This document shows positions 46,780 through 56,156 of a stretch of 64,000 nt of DNA, one piece after another (within the stretch, counting starts at the first letter, position 1; every line of letters starts with the position of its first letter). The notes under the pieces were generated by a model. The model was not told the DNA's origin and did no database searches. It saw only the letters and a list, made by a program, of their open reading frames with translations. The position numbers and the translations under genes are program-made. Source of the stretch: Candidatus Algichlamydia australiensis (GTDB taxonomy: Bacteria > Chlamydiota > Chlamydiia > Chlamydiales > JAJFMI01). The stretch covers positions 653,145 through 717,144 of the forward strand of contig JAXCHI010000003.1 in assembly GCA_033977065.1 (NCBI GenBank), written 5' to 3'.

Positions 46780-47155
46780 AGAGCGTGTGCGCCAGGCACT
46801 TTTGCAATTGATGAAGGGGCAGCTAGGCTACCCCTCTGCGATGTTGGTTGTAGAAAAAGAGCTATCTCAGCTCCCACACTTGCAAAAAAATAGCGCCTCT
46901 CTTCCGCAAAGACGTATTGATCTTCTTGTCTATCGCAAAAGTGGGGAAAATCTTTTGCCTTTGTTGCTTGTTGAGTGCAAAGCTGAGCACGCTGATCGCA
47001 AAGCAATTGAGCAGTTAATGGGTTACAATCACTATGTAGGCGCGCCCTTTGTTGCGGTCGTAAGCAAAACGGCGCAACTTACAGGGTGGCAGGGCAGGTC
47101 TGGTCTAGAATTTTCAGAGGGACTTTTTACTTATGAGCAACTCCTCAACAGTTGA
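46733..47155 (+). CDS. HsdR N-terminal-like PD-(D/E)XK domain protein (stand-alone)
   Basis: PEERVRQ..L..M...LGYP...VEK; RRIDLLVY; LLVECKA; QLMGYN. Confidence 0.8.
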   Translation: MVATALFLRRSALFPEERVRQALLQLMKGQLGYPSAMLVVEKELSQLPHLQKNSASLPQRRIDLLVYRKSGENLLPLLLVECKAEHADRKAIEQLMGYNHYVGAPFVAVVSKTAQLTGWQGRSGLEFSEGLFTYEQLLNS

Positions 47156-48215
47156 AATTCATTTAGATGCAGACTTTCTCCAAAGCTTGCCGGCAGATCC
47201 TACCCCCATTTTTAAACAGCTTGCATGGAAACATCTTTTTCAAAAACTCTCCTACCACGCAACGCTTCCTGAGGCGCGTGCCTTAATTCCTCAGTTGCAG
47301 CACGTGGTAGAACAGGTCCACCTTGTTGCAAGCGATTATCGCGACTTGCGTATCCAAACCACGAAAAATTTGCTCAATTTCATTTCGTATCCTCAAGAGA
47401 TTGCTTCTGGTGAGACTCTCTCTTTTTCCCATTATCCCGCGATCGTCTGTGGCTCTGGCCCCTCTTTAGAAAACTCTTTTCCTGTGCTGCAAGCGCTGCA
47501 GGGAAAAGCTCTTATTATCGGGTGCGGCTCCTCTCTACCAAAACTTTTGCGCGCAGGTATTATTCCTACTTTTGCAGCGTGCATCGACCCTAATCCTGAA
47601 ATAGATCCTCTTTTTGCAGAAGCAAAGGTGCCCCTGCTCTTTCAAGAGCGTGTGGGACAAAAGCTTTTTCAAACACTGCCAGGACCTAAAGTCTATATGG
47701 GAAGCTCCAGCGCGTTTCCGTTAGATCACTATCTGCTCAAAGCCGCCGGCATCAAACCCTTCTTTTTAGATGCAGGTTGGGGGGCTGCAACGTTTGGGGC
47801 GGCTTGCGCGAAGCAGTGGGGCTGCTTACAAATTGCGATCTGCGGTGTTGATGGAGCAGAGCAACTGGATCGCGTGCATAGTCGCAAGTGGATGGAAAAT
47901 ATTGCTCTTACTCCACTCGATCAAATCACTCCTCGAGCGCTCCCTCCATTTGCGGTCAAAAAAATCAAGAGACAATCCCCAGAAAAACAAATGGCGCATC
48001 TTCGCCAAGAAATCATGCGACTTGATGCTCTAAAATCGGAGCCGCGTCCCATCTTTGAAGCAGAACTCTCAACCTCTCTGTTAAGTGAGCTCATCTTTGA
48101 TCCTATTTGGCTAATCTACAAACATCTTTTTCTTCGTGAAAAAGGAGAAATTGGGACTCATCAATTTTTCTTCTATCAACGCCTCCTCAACGCCTACAAA
48201 GAGGTCCTATGCTAG
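47133..48215 (+). CDS. Maf/MptE-like (DUF115) protein
   Basis: PAIVCGSGPSL, ALIIGCGS, GIIP....IDP, GC..I..CGVD. Confidence 0.8.
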   Translation: MSNSSTVEIHLDADFLQSLPADPTPIFKQLAWKHLFQKLSYHATLPEARALIPQLQHVVEQVHLVASDYRDLRIQTTKNLLNFISYPQEIASGETLSFSHYPAIVCGSGPSLENSFPVLQALQGKALIIGCGSSLPKLLRAGIIPTFAACIDPNPEIDPLFAEAKVPLLFQERVGQKLFQTLPGPKVYMGSSSAFPLDHYLLKAAGIKPFFLDAGWGAATFGAACAKQWGCLQIAICGVDGAEQLDRVHSRKWMENIALTPLDQITPRALPPFAVKKIKRQSPEKQMAHLRQEIMRLDALKSEPRPIFEAELSTSLLSELIFDPIWLIYKHLFLREKGEIGTHQFFFYQRLLNAYKEVLC

Positions 48216-49750
48216 AGACCCGTTATCCGCAGCTGGCATTTCTTTTACGCATGACGGAACAAAAGAGTGCACCGCCACTGCTCCAACCTCTTCCAGAACT
48301 CAATTTAGAGGAGAAAGAGATTCTCTACCTCTTTGGTGTTGGACACTATGACAAATTAAAAAGTTGGTTACATGAGAAAGAGGAGCGCAAACTGATCTAT
48401 TTAGAAGATGACTTGCAAGCGCTGCACCACATCCAAGACTTTTCTTTCTTAAACGATCCCCAGGTGCATTTGCGCGCCCTGATGCCTGATGCTCCAATTG
48501 AGACATTTGCAGAAGAGATTGCCCACACTTTTCCTTTTGACCAAATTGAAATTGCGGCTTTGAAAAAATCTCCCCGTTTTTCCGAACTCAAACTTCTTCT
48601 GCAGCGCAAAACCACCGTCCAGCACGCAATTTTTCAAGAGCGTTACTACTACCCAAAACTCGCAGCTAACCTTTTTGAAAATTTTCCCCAAATCCCAGGC
48701 TCTGCCTACGTCAACCAATGGGAAAATGCCTTTTCTCATCTGCCAGCCATTATTTGCGGTGCGGGGCCCTCTATCGAAACGATTCTGCCGCAACTTGCTC
48801 AACTGCAAAACCGCGCACTCATCATCGCAGGAGGAACTGCAATTACAGCCCTCACAAGAGCAGGCATCATCCCACACCTAGGCATTGCACTCGACCCCAA
48901 CCCCGAGGAGTATCACCACCTCAAAGAACATCAAGCAGGCGACATGCCACTCATCTTTGCCTCACGTCTGCAACCTAAAGCACTGCGCCTCTTTTCCGGC
49001 AAAAAAATCTACTACCGCAGCTTTACAGGTGGGCCTTTGGAAACATGGCTTGAAGAACAAATTGGTCTCACTGATCCGCCCTTACAAAAAACCGCGCACA
49101 AAGAGGCGCTCTCTGTTACCACCGCTGCTCTAAATATTGCCGCACATCTCGGTTGTAAACAGATCCACCTCGCAGGGGTTGACCTTGCTTACACAAACGG
49201 CTTGCGTTACCCAAAAGGAATCAAAGCGTTTCCCGCAAAAAGCAAACGCGTGCGTGATGAAAAACTCCTCCGAACCAATTGGAAAGGGGAGGAGATAGAG
49301 ACTCAAGTGAAATGGGTGATGGAAGCGGATTGGATTGCTGCCTTTGCCAAAACGCATTCTGACTGTGTCGTTACCTCGTGTACAAACGGCGGTTTATGCC
49401 TTGGTATTCCTTATAAGCCGCTCAAGCCGTCAACTCTTCCCGTCCAAAATATTGACGTTAACAGACAGATTAAAGAAACGATTCTTAACATTGATATCGA
49501 AGCCCCCTTGAAAAAACTATCTGAGAGCCTCATCCGCTGCAAAAAATTTATTGAAGAGCTAGAGGGGCCCCTCTACGATGTTGCTCTTCTAGACCTGCAA
49601 GCTGAGCTCGCTTATCCCATCTGCTTCAAACTCTTTCATGAAGCTGTGCAAAAGCGCTTCCCAACAAAAGCTAAGCAAATCCATTATCTGAAACTGGCCA
49701 TAAAAGCATATTTCGAATTTAAAGATGCTTGTCTCTCACAGAGTCAATAA
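48209..49750 (+). CDS. Motility-associated factor (Maf) glycosyltransferase-like protein
   Basis: PAIICGAGPS, GIIPHLGIALDP, SVTTAALNIAAHLGCKQIHLAGVDLAY. Confidence 0.85.
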   Translation: MLETRYPQLAFLLRMTEQKSAPPLLQPLPELNLEEKEILYLFGVGHYDKLKSWLHEKEERKLIYLEDDLQALHHIQDFSFLNDPQVHLRALMPDAPIETFAEEIAHTFPFDQIEIAALKKSPRFSELKLLLQRKTTVQHAIFQERYYYPKLAANLFENFPQIPGSAYVNQWENAFSHLPAIICGAGPSIETILPQLAQLQNRALIIAGGTAITALTRAGIIPHLGIALDPNPEEYHHLKEHQAGDMPLIFASRLQPKALRLFSGKKIYYRSFTGGPLETWLEEQIGLTDPPLQKTAHKEALSVTTAALNIAAHLGCKQIHLAGVDLAYTNGLRYPKGIKAFPAKSKRVRDEKLLRTNWKGEEIETQVKWVMEADWIAAFAKTHSDCVVTSCTNGGLCLGIPYKPLKPSTLPVQNIDVNRQIKETILNIDIEAPLKKLSESLIRCKKFIEELEGPLYDVALLDLQAELAYPICFKLFHEAVQKRFPTKAKQIHYLKLAIKAYFEFKDACLSQSQ

Positions 49751-49772
49751 AATAAAAAAATGCATTACAAAA

Positions 49773-51242
49773 TTAATTTTTAAGCGAGTCAACTTCAGCT
49801 TGCAAAGCGTCTATTTTTTGATTTAGATCCAATTGAATTTGGCTAATTGCTGGTAAAATTTGCGCCATAACTTTTTCAGTTGCACTGGTAGCAACTGCAT
49901 TTACTAGATCGCTGTTACCTAGTAGGCTGTTTTTTACTCCCTCTGTAATTCCTTCTGTTATTTCAGTTTGAACAATTCTTGGTAAGTCTCTCATGTAACT
50001 TTGTATTCTAACGTCCAGCTCGTTTACCTTTTTTTGTGCACTTATTTCTGTTAAAACAGTTGTTTTTGCTTGAGCCTGTGCATTCATCGATTGCACTGAT
50101 GTCATTAGGGATTGCAAATGCAACTTTAATTGTTTTACCTGTATTTCAAGTTGTGTAACCTCGTCTGATAGATGCAGGTGCATACCCCTGTTTGGGGGGG
50201 CTTCACCATCATCATTGATTTTTGGGACCCGATTGACAACTCCTCTAACCGTTATATTTACTCCCGAAAGGTAATCACGATTTTTTATGGCTGCTATCCT
50301 CTTCTTTTCCTCTTGATCCCAGTGTATAATTCCTGGGTATGCCAGAATAATAGAAGTTCCCGTTACACGTCGCATAGAAATGTCTGTATGTAACCCTGCT
50401 GAAGGACCGATTTTTTCTAAAGACCACGTTGCATGATCGGGTACGGGGGATGAGTGTTTATACCATGAGAGAAGGTAAGGCTTGTTTTCAATAAATGGAT
50501 TTAGATCTCTGTTATGGGGAACTTCTAAGTAGGCGTCTCCCTGAATAAAGCGGGTATTAGAAACTATTGAAAAAGTTCCATCTTCGTTTTTAACAAGCCT
50601 CCATGATGCATGGGGGTTAGAATGAGGGTGCTCGTAAACGCCAACTTCTTTAGTTGCAACATCGTTTGTGTGTACAATCTCAAGCACCATATTGAAATGG
50701 TTAAGATTTCGAAAGAGGAAGCCATTCTCGACAGATATTGATTCCCAAAGATATTTTCTTGGTATGCGTTGTTCTTTTACTTTAATGTTTTCATTTCCAC
50801 TAGCATACAAGTAGTGTCCATATTTCTTATTAACAATAACGCAAGAATCACTATCTACAGGTTGAATATCCCATTCTGTGGAAGTCATTCCGCCTTCTGC
50901 ATATTTAACGCTCTTTTCATCTGTGGATCGAATGTGTCTTTTTTCATCTACGAAAAGGGTGTAATAACCATCTTCTGTTTTTTTAATTTGCCAGTCTATG
51001 CTCCCACGTCGGCTAATTCTTAAGCCTCTTTCACTAGACCAAGACAAAGTCCTTTTATGAAAATGGCTAGTAATTTTAAAACGTTGTAATCCAACATCGT
51101 ATGTGACTGCCCAGAGAGCCTTGCTACTTATCTCACTATCTTGAAGTGGGGCAATTTGAACAGTTTTTTTACCACCAGTTTCCTCTACCACAAGCGGATG
51201 CGTAAAATGTTTATTTCTTATCAAAAAGCAGCCAGAACTCAT
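49773..51242 (-). CDS. Tandem beta-trefoil (ricin-B-like) protein with C-terminal coiled coil
   Basis: Six ~40-50-aa units, each ending in a Trp strand (ALW, IDW, TEW, YLW, ASW, ATW) with 'EDG.Y/F.I' and 'I.NK..G..L' motifs. Confidence 0.7.
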   Translation of the reverse strand: MSSGCFLIRNKHFTHPLVVEETGGKKTVQIAPLQDSEISSKALWAVTYDVGLQRFKITSHFHKRTLSWSSERGLRISRRGSIDWQIKKTEDGYYTLFVDEKRHIRSTDEKSVKYAEGGMTSTEWDIQPVDSDSCVIVNKKYGHYLYASGNENIKVKEQRIPRKYLWESISVENGFLFRNLNHFNMVLEIVHTNDVATKEVGVYEHPHSNPHASWRLVKNEDGTFSIVSNTRFIQGDAYLEVPHNRDLNPFIENKPYLLSWYKHSSPVPDHATWSLEKIGPSAGLHTDISMRRVTGTSIILAYPGIIHWDQEEKKRIAAIKNRDYLSGVNITVRGVVNRVPKINDDGEAPPNRGMHLHLSDEVTQLEIQVKQLKLHLQSLMTSVQSMNAQAQAKTTVLTEISAQKKVNELDVRIQSYMRDLPRIVQTEITEGITEGVKNSLLGNSDLVNAVATSATEKVMAQILPAISQIQLDLNQKIDALQAEVDSLKN

Positions 51243-51334
51243 TTCTTACCTCCATTTTAAATTTGATTTAAATGCAAAACCAGGATCATACTGACATTAA
51301 GAACAATTAAAGACAAGATTAAAATTTAGGAGCC

Positions 51335-54223
51335 ATGATGTCAACTCTTGATAGATACTATAAGACCCCTCCGCCGGGGGCGTATCAAACGCAGTGTGTA
51401 CTTCTTGAAAATGCTGCTAGAAAATTATACAAACCGCCAGATGATGATAAAAGTTTCTATGCTCAAGACTCATTACAAGCTGCGATACTTCCTCAAACCC
51501 CGTTAATAACAACACTTGTTTCTCGTAAAATTGCTCAAGATTTTAATGAGTCGGTAAATCGATATGAACATAACGAGCGAGTTGGCTTGGTGAGCGTTGA
51601 TGTTGTCAGTGGATTTATGCAAGGGGCGCTTGCGTTTGGTGGTGGGCCAATCGGAGGAGTTATTGCTGTTGGCATTGCAACAGCAACGCCATGGCTCAAG
51701 GAAATTATGACTGCAGAGAGATTTTCTGCAGCAAGAGATAAACTAGCAATAGATCTTTCAAAGTTTAGAGAGGAGCATAACGATTTTTCTGCTTTTAGTG
51801 TGGGTGATGAAGAGGGTAAAGGTAAAAGACGCTATGAATTGTTATTTAATGAAGAGAGTCATCCTGTTCTCTCGTCTGAGTTTGACAATATTAGCGATGA
51901 AGGTAGGGCTCTTGTTCAAGGAACATTCATTAGGATGTTGGCAGATGCAGATACTGTACTTGCAGAAAATGATAGGAGACTTTGGGATGAGCTTGCGGAT
52001 CAAGGAGATCGATTGCGGGAGCGAGGGATAAAGATAGCTGATCTCGAAAGAAGTGTAACTGAGATAGATAGGCGGTTTATTGAATTTAGAAAGAGTACAG
52101 AAACTGCTTTAGGAAATATCGAGTCAAATGTTGCGGGTATTCGTGATGGTCTTAGTTCAGTACAGGATCGTATCAGAGAAAATGAAAGCAAGATAAGGGA
52201 AAATGAGAGGAGAATTGCGCAAAATTCAGATGATATAGAGGGAAATAGAATCTTAATCCAGGAGAACAGAAGGCTTATTCAGGGCAACAGGATGGACGTT
52301 GACTACTTGCAAGAGTATCTTTATGGAAAAATGAATCCAAAAGAGCAAATAAACGCGCTTAAAAGAGGTTTTTTCCCTGGGATGAGTGAGTCGGAAAGAA
52401 GCGCTGAATTAGAAAAGATTGCAATTGCCGAAAAGAGACAGGAACTTGCAGATAATATGATCAAGTATATGGATGGTGCTAAAGATTTGCTTGGAATCGC
52501 TGGAAATCTGGGGATCGATCTAGGTGAAGAGGTGGGGATGGCAGTAGAAGCGGGATCGACAATATTAAATGCTGGACTTTCGTTTGCTAGCGGGAACTTT
52601 CTTGGTGCCTTGAATTCATTAACTTCTTTAGCAGGTCTTGGTAAGAAAAAAGTTGATGTCGGTGCAGAAAGACATAAACAGGTAATGACAGCTTTAGGTC
52701 AGCTAGCTCAGGGACAAAATAAAATCTTAGGCAACCAAGGAAAACTCCTTAATTGGGCTGCGTTGTTTGATCAGAGACTAGACCAGGTAATAGGAAATCA
52801 AAGGGCAATGTATGGAGTAATGGTGGGGGTTGATCGAAAACTAAACGATGTTCTTAGCAATCAAAGGGATTTATTTAAAAACATTTTTAATTTGAGTAAT
52901 CAGCTTGAGAAGCATCATCAGATTGTAATGGAACAACTTGCAAAAATACTAAACGATCTAGCACTTGTTCGATTTGAAATGCGCGCTGGTTCAATGGAAG
53001 AAGTTGGTAAATGCGAAACAGCTCTAGAGCAGATGCAGAAACATGATAGGTACATATTTACAGAAAACCGATTCCAAAGCTACCAAGATGTCCTTGGATA
53101 CTACTCTCAATGCAGGGACCTTGTTAACCCGGCTCTTGAGATCCTTACAACCAAAGTGTTACAAGCAGGGTCTGCTTCAGATGTTAACTTCTTTCATCTA
53201 CATATTCCTAACGCAGGAGTAGAAGAGAGGCAGAAAAAAGACGCAGCAGATCAATATAGAGAATTAAAAAATCTTGCTTTTGCCATTATGGAATATGAAG
53301 GCAGAGGTGATCTAAACCCTCTGCTAAATTCTCTAATCCATCCAGTTAATACTGTAGAAGCATTAATGCAAAAAATAGATTTATTTGAAGACGCTGAATT
53401 GCCAGAACGAATAAAAGAGATCCTAGATTCAGATCTTGGTGCCGTTGGAGCTACGATTCCGCGTCTTTTAGTGGAGCTATATAACACAGAGGCTGTAGTT
53501 CAAATGGCAACGTATGTGTTTCGCCTTCATTACTTGCATCAGTACTATTCTGGTGGAATTGGAAGCGATTTCCTTTCATTTGAAGAACTTGAAAAAAAGG
53601 TAACAAATAAAGAAGAACTGTCTCTCCTTGGAAAACTTCTTTTAGAAGGCTCTATGGTTCGTATTGATGTGGCCCTTGCTCAACAATCATTAGTGGGAGG
53701 TGATTGGATATTACCCTCTTTATTGCGCCTTTTTGAAGAAGGTCGAACAGATGCAAATGCTCAACTTTATGATGGAATGATAAAAGCTTTTAATAATAGC
53801 GCTATTCTTGCAAAAAACTTTTTGATGTATTCTTTTCATTTAAAAGCCAAAGATAAAATCATAGATTATGAGATAGCTTTTCATCAAACTGGAAATGCCA
53901 CAAAGTTACGCGATATTTTAGGAGATGGATGGAATTTCTTATGGAGAGAAGAAGAGAAATTACAGGATAGTGAGGGAAGTGAATTGATTGTGCCAGCAAG
54001 ATGGCTTGTTCAGATTGGAGAAAGAATGGGAGAAAACGGACTTGAGGTACCAGATCCTATTTCAATGAAAAATGGAAAATTACTCACAACATCAGAAATA
54101 CAAAGGCTTCTCTCTTGGCGAAAGCACCTTGCGCAAGAGATTGTCGGTTACTCCTATGCAAATACCCTTAATACGGATAGTGAGAGAGAAACATTTGTTC
54201 GTGGGATGGCTTTTTCTGTCTAG
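51335..54223 (+). CDS. Large coiled-coil protein with Gly-rich hydrophobic hairpins; putative alpha-pore-forming toxin
   Basis: GALAFGGGPIGGVIAVGIATA and NAGLSFASGNFLGALNSLTSLAGLG segments; IxxN heptads; three xxGNQ/SNQ 21-aa repeats. Confidence 0.6.
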   Translation: MMSTLDRYYKTPPPGAYQTQCVLLENAARKLYKPPDDDKSFYAQDSLQAAILPQTPLITTLVSRKIAQDFNESVNRYEHNERVGLVSVDVVSGFMQGALAFGGGPIGGVIAVGIATATPWLKEIMTAERFSAARDKLAIDLSKFREEHNDFSAFSVGDEEGKGKRRYELLFNEESHPVLSSEFDNISDEGRALVQGTFIRMLADADTVLAENDRRLWDELADQGDRLRERGIKIADLERSVTEIDRRFIEFRKSTETALGNIESNVAGIRDGLSSVQDRIRENESKIRENERRIAQNSDDIEGNRILIQENRRLIQGNRMDVDYLQEYLYGKMNPKEQINALKRGFFPGMSESERSAELEKIAIAEKRQELADNMIKYMDGAKDLLGIAGNLGIDLGEEVGMAVEAGSTILNAGLSFASGNFLGALNSLTSLAGLGKKKVDVGAERHKQVMTALGQLAQGQNKILGNQGKLLNWAALFDQRLDQVIGNQRAMYGVMVGVDRKLNDVLSNQRDLFKNIFNLSNQLEKHHQIVMEQLAKILNDLALVRFEMRAGSMEEVGKCETALEQMQKHDRYIFTENRFQSYQDVLGYYSQCRDLVNPALEILTTKVLQAGSASDVNFFHLHIPNAGVEERQKKDAADQYRELKNLAFAIMEYEGRGDLNPLLNSLIHPVNTVEALMQKIDLFEDAELPERIKEILDSDLGAVGATIPRLLVELYNTEAVVQMATYVFRLHYLHQYYSGGIGSDFLSFEELEKKVTNKEELSLLGKLLLEGSMVRIDVALAQQSLVGGDWILPSLLRLFEEGRTDANAQLYDGMIKAFNNSAILAKNFLMYSFHLKAKDKIIDYEIAFHQTGNATKLRDILGDGWNFLWREEEKLQDSEGSELIVPARWLVQIGERMGENGLEVPDPISMKNGKLLTTSEIQRLLSWRKHLAQEIVGYSYANTLNTDSERETFVRGMAFSV

Positions 54224-54255
54224 AGTAAATCCATTACCTTAAACTTGAATCTGTA

Positions 54256-54666
54256 GAGACCGACTGGATCACTGCCTTTGCCAAAACGCACTCTGACTGC
54301 AGTGTCAGTTTCTGAACAAACGGGGGGTTACGCCTCGGCATTCTCTACAAGCCACTCAAGCCGTCAACCCATCCTGTTCAAAATATCGACATTAACAGAC
54401 AGATTAAAGAAACGATTCTTAACATTGATATCGAAGCCCCCTTGAAAAAACTATCTGAGAGCCTCATCCACTGCAAAAAATTTATTGAAGAGCTAGAGGG
54501 GCCCCTCTACGATGTTGCTCTTCTAGACCTGCAAGCTGAGCTTGCCTATCCCATCTGCTTCAAGCTTTTTCATGAAGCGGTGCAAAAACGTTTTCACACG
54601 AAAAATAAGCAGGTTCATTACCTGAAACTTGCTATCGCAGAGATTAGGAAAAGCCTAAGCATCTAA
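54256..54666 (+). pseudogene. Duplicated 3' end of the maf-like gene
   Basis: Aligns to ~49322-49700 with a near-identical central ~150 bp; in-frame TGA at ~54313; no start. Confidence 0.9.
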
Positions 54667-54742
54667 AGTAGAGTAGTATAAGATTTAAAATTGACAATAC
54701 CAATTATAATTGGTATTGTTATGTTTACGAGCGGGGACTGCA

Positions 54743-54931
54743 TTGCCAATAAGTGGAAAAGAGTTAGCAAAGCGGTTTAAAAAGAAAGGTTTTGTGGAGA
54801 TAAAAGGAGGCGGAAAAGGGTCTCATATTAAATTAAGGAAGGGTAGAGAAACCATCATTGTGCCAGCTCATAAAGAGTTGAAAAAGGGACTTGAAAAAGC
54901 TTTAATGAAAAAATTAGAGGAGCACAAATAA
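54743..54931 (+). CDS. hicA: HicA-family toxin
   Basis: MPISGKELAK...GF....GKGSHIKL.K....IIVPAHKELKKG (TTG start). Confidence 0.9.
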   Translation: MPISGKELAKRFKKKGFVEIKGGGKGSHIKLRKGRETIIVPAHKELKKGLEKALMKKLEEHK

Positions 54932-54932
54932 T

Positions 54933-55358
54933 ATGCAGTATCACTTTAAAGTACATAGAGAAGGAAAGGGTTTTTGGGCGGAATGTATCGAACTTCCTGG
55001 ATGTATGACTGAGGGTGATTCTAAGGAAGAGCTTTTTGAAAATATGCAGGATGCTCTTAATTCGTTTTTGGAAGAGCCTGAAGATTCTCAGTATCTTGCT
55101 CCTTTGCCAAAAAAATCGATTCAAACTAGTCGTTCAACAGTTAAGGTTCCTGTTGACCCTTCTGTTGCACTTGCTTTTTCTATCCGAAGACAGAGAATAA
55201 AAAGTGGCTTAACTCAGAAAGACGCTGCAACGCAATTGGGAATGAAAACAATTTATAATTATCAACGCCTTGAACGTCGTTGTAACCCAACATTAAATCT
55301 AATCGTAAAGTTAGTCTTACTATTTCCAGCTCTATCTTTAGATAAAATTCTTCGATAA
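54933..55358 (+). CDS. hicB: HicB-family antitoxin with C-terminal HTH
   Basis: FWAECIELPGCMTEGDSKEELFENMQDAL; GLTQKDAA.QLG...YQRLE. Confidence 0.92.
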   Translation: MQYHFKVHREGKGFWAECIELPGCMTEGDSKEELFENMQDALNSFLEEPEDSQYLAPLPKKSIQTSRSTVKVPVDPSVALAFSIRRQRIKSGLTQKDAATQLGMKTIYNYQRLERRCNPTLNLIVKLVLLFPALSLDKILR

Positions 55359-55403
55359 ACCTGAATTTGACAAATACAAGAATTTTCTCCTTAATGGGAG
55401 TTT

Positions 55404-56156
55404 ATGACAGAAAAAAGTTGGTATTATCGCAGAGGCGAGGAAGAAGTTGGTCCGTTTGGACTCGAAGAGTTAGCAAAAAAACTGGATGAAGGTGAGATTG
55501 ATGCGGAGACTTACGTCAAGAGCACAACTCAACCTGAATGGGTGCATATCAAAGAGGTTAAAGAGCTTAATATCGAATTTTTGGATCCGCATCCCCCTGT
55601 AACAAAGCCTGAAATTGCAAACCGAGACTATCCCGAAGAGGAGCGTTCCAAAAGATGGACTCGTCCTTGGATCCGTTTCTGGGCGCGCATGCTTGACTAC
55701 TCTCTTATCTCTTACTTTCTCTTTTTTCTCTCAGGAATTACACAAATTCCGTTTGCGCTAGTAGCTCCTATGTACATCCCTTTTGTGGGCACACTTCTTT
55801 GGGTCTTTATTGAAGCGCTTTTCCTCTCTACTTGGGGAAGAACGCCTGGAAAATGGCTCTTCCGCATATGTATCCACATGGAAGGCGGAGGAAAGCCTTC
55901 TTACCGCCAAGCTTTAGCACGTAGTTTTGGCGTTTGGTGGATGGGACTTGGTGCTGCACTTCCAATTATCTCTATTATCACAATGATTGTGGCCAATGTA
56001 AAACTCTCTAACTTGGGAGAAACTTCTTGGGATCGGCTCTATAATTTTGAAGTGGAGCATAAAAAAATTGGGTTTTTTCGCACGTTTATTGCGATTCTCT
56101 ATTTTGTTTTTCTCTTCTCCTACTCAATGCAAGTCATGGTTGCTCTCGCGTCTTGA
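55404..56156 (+). CDS. GYF_2 + RDD domain membrane protein
   Basis: WYYRRG.EEVGPF..EEL; RPWIRFWARMLDY; G.TPGKW. Confidence 0.88.
   Translation: MTEKSWYYRRGEEEVGPFGLEELAKKLDEGEIDAETYVKSTTQPEWVHIKEVKELNIEFLDPHPPVTKPEIANRDYPEEERSKRWTRPWIRFWARMLDYSLISYFLFFLSGITQIPFALVAPMYIPFVGTLLWVFIEALFLSTWGRTPGKWLFRICIHMEGGGKPSYRQALARSFGVWWMGLGAALPIISIITMIVANVKLSNLGETSWDRLYNFEVEHKKIGFFRTFIAILYFVFLFSYSMQVMVALAS

Larger units (their letters stand above)
49696..54226. mobile_element. Putative inserted islet bounded by 19-bp imperfect direct repeats
   Basis: AAATCCATTATCTGAAACT (49677-49695) vs AAATCCATTACCTTAAACT (54227-54245), followed by a duplicate of the maf 3' end; no integrase seen. Confidence 0.6.

Noticed and set aside
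46733..47155. Type I restriction-modification system
   Set aside because: Only a stand-alone HsdR_N-like domain; no hsdM, hsdS or helicase part.
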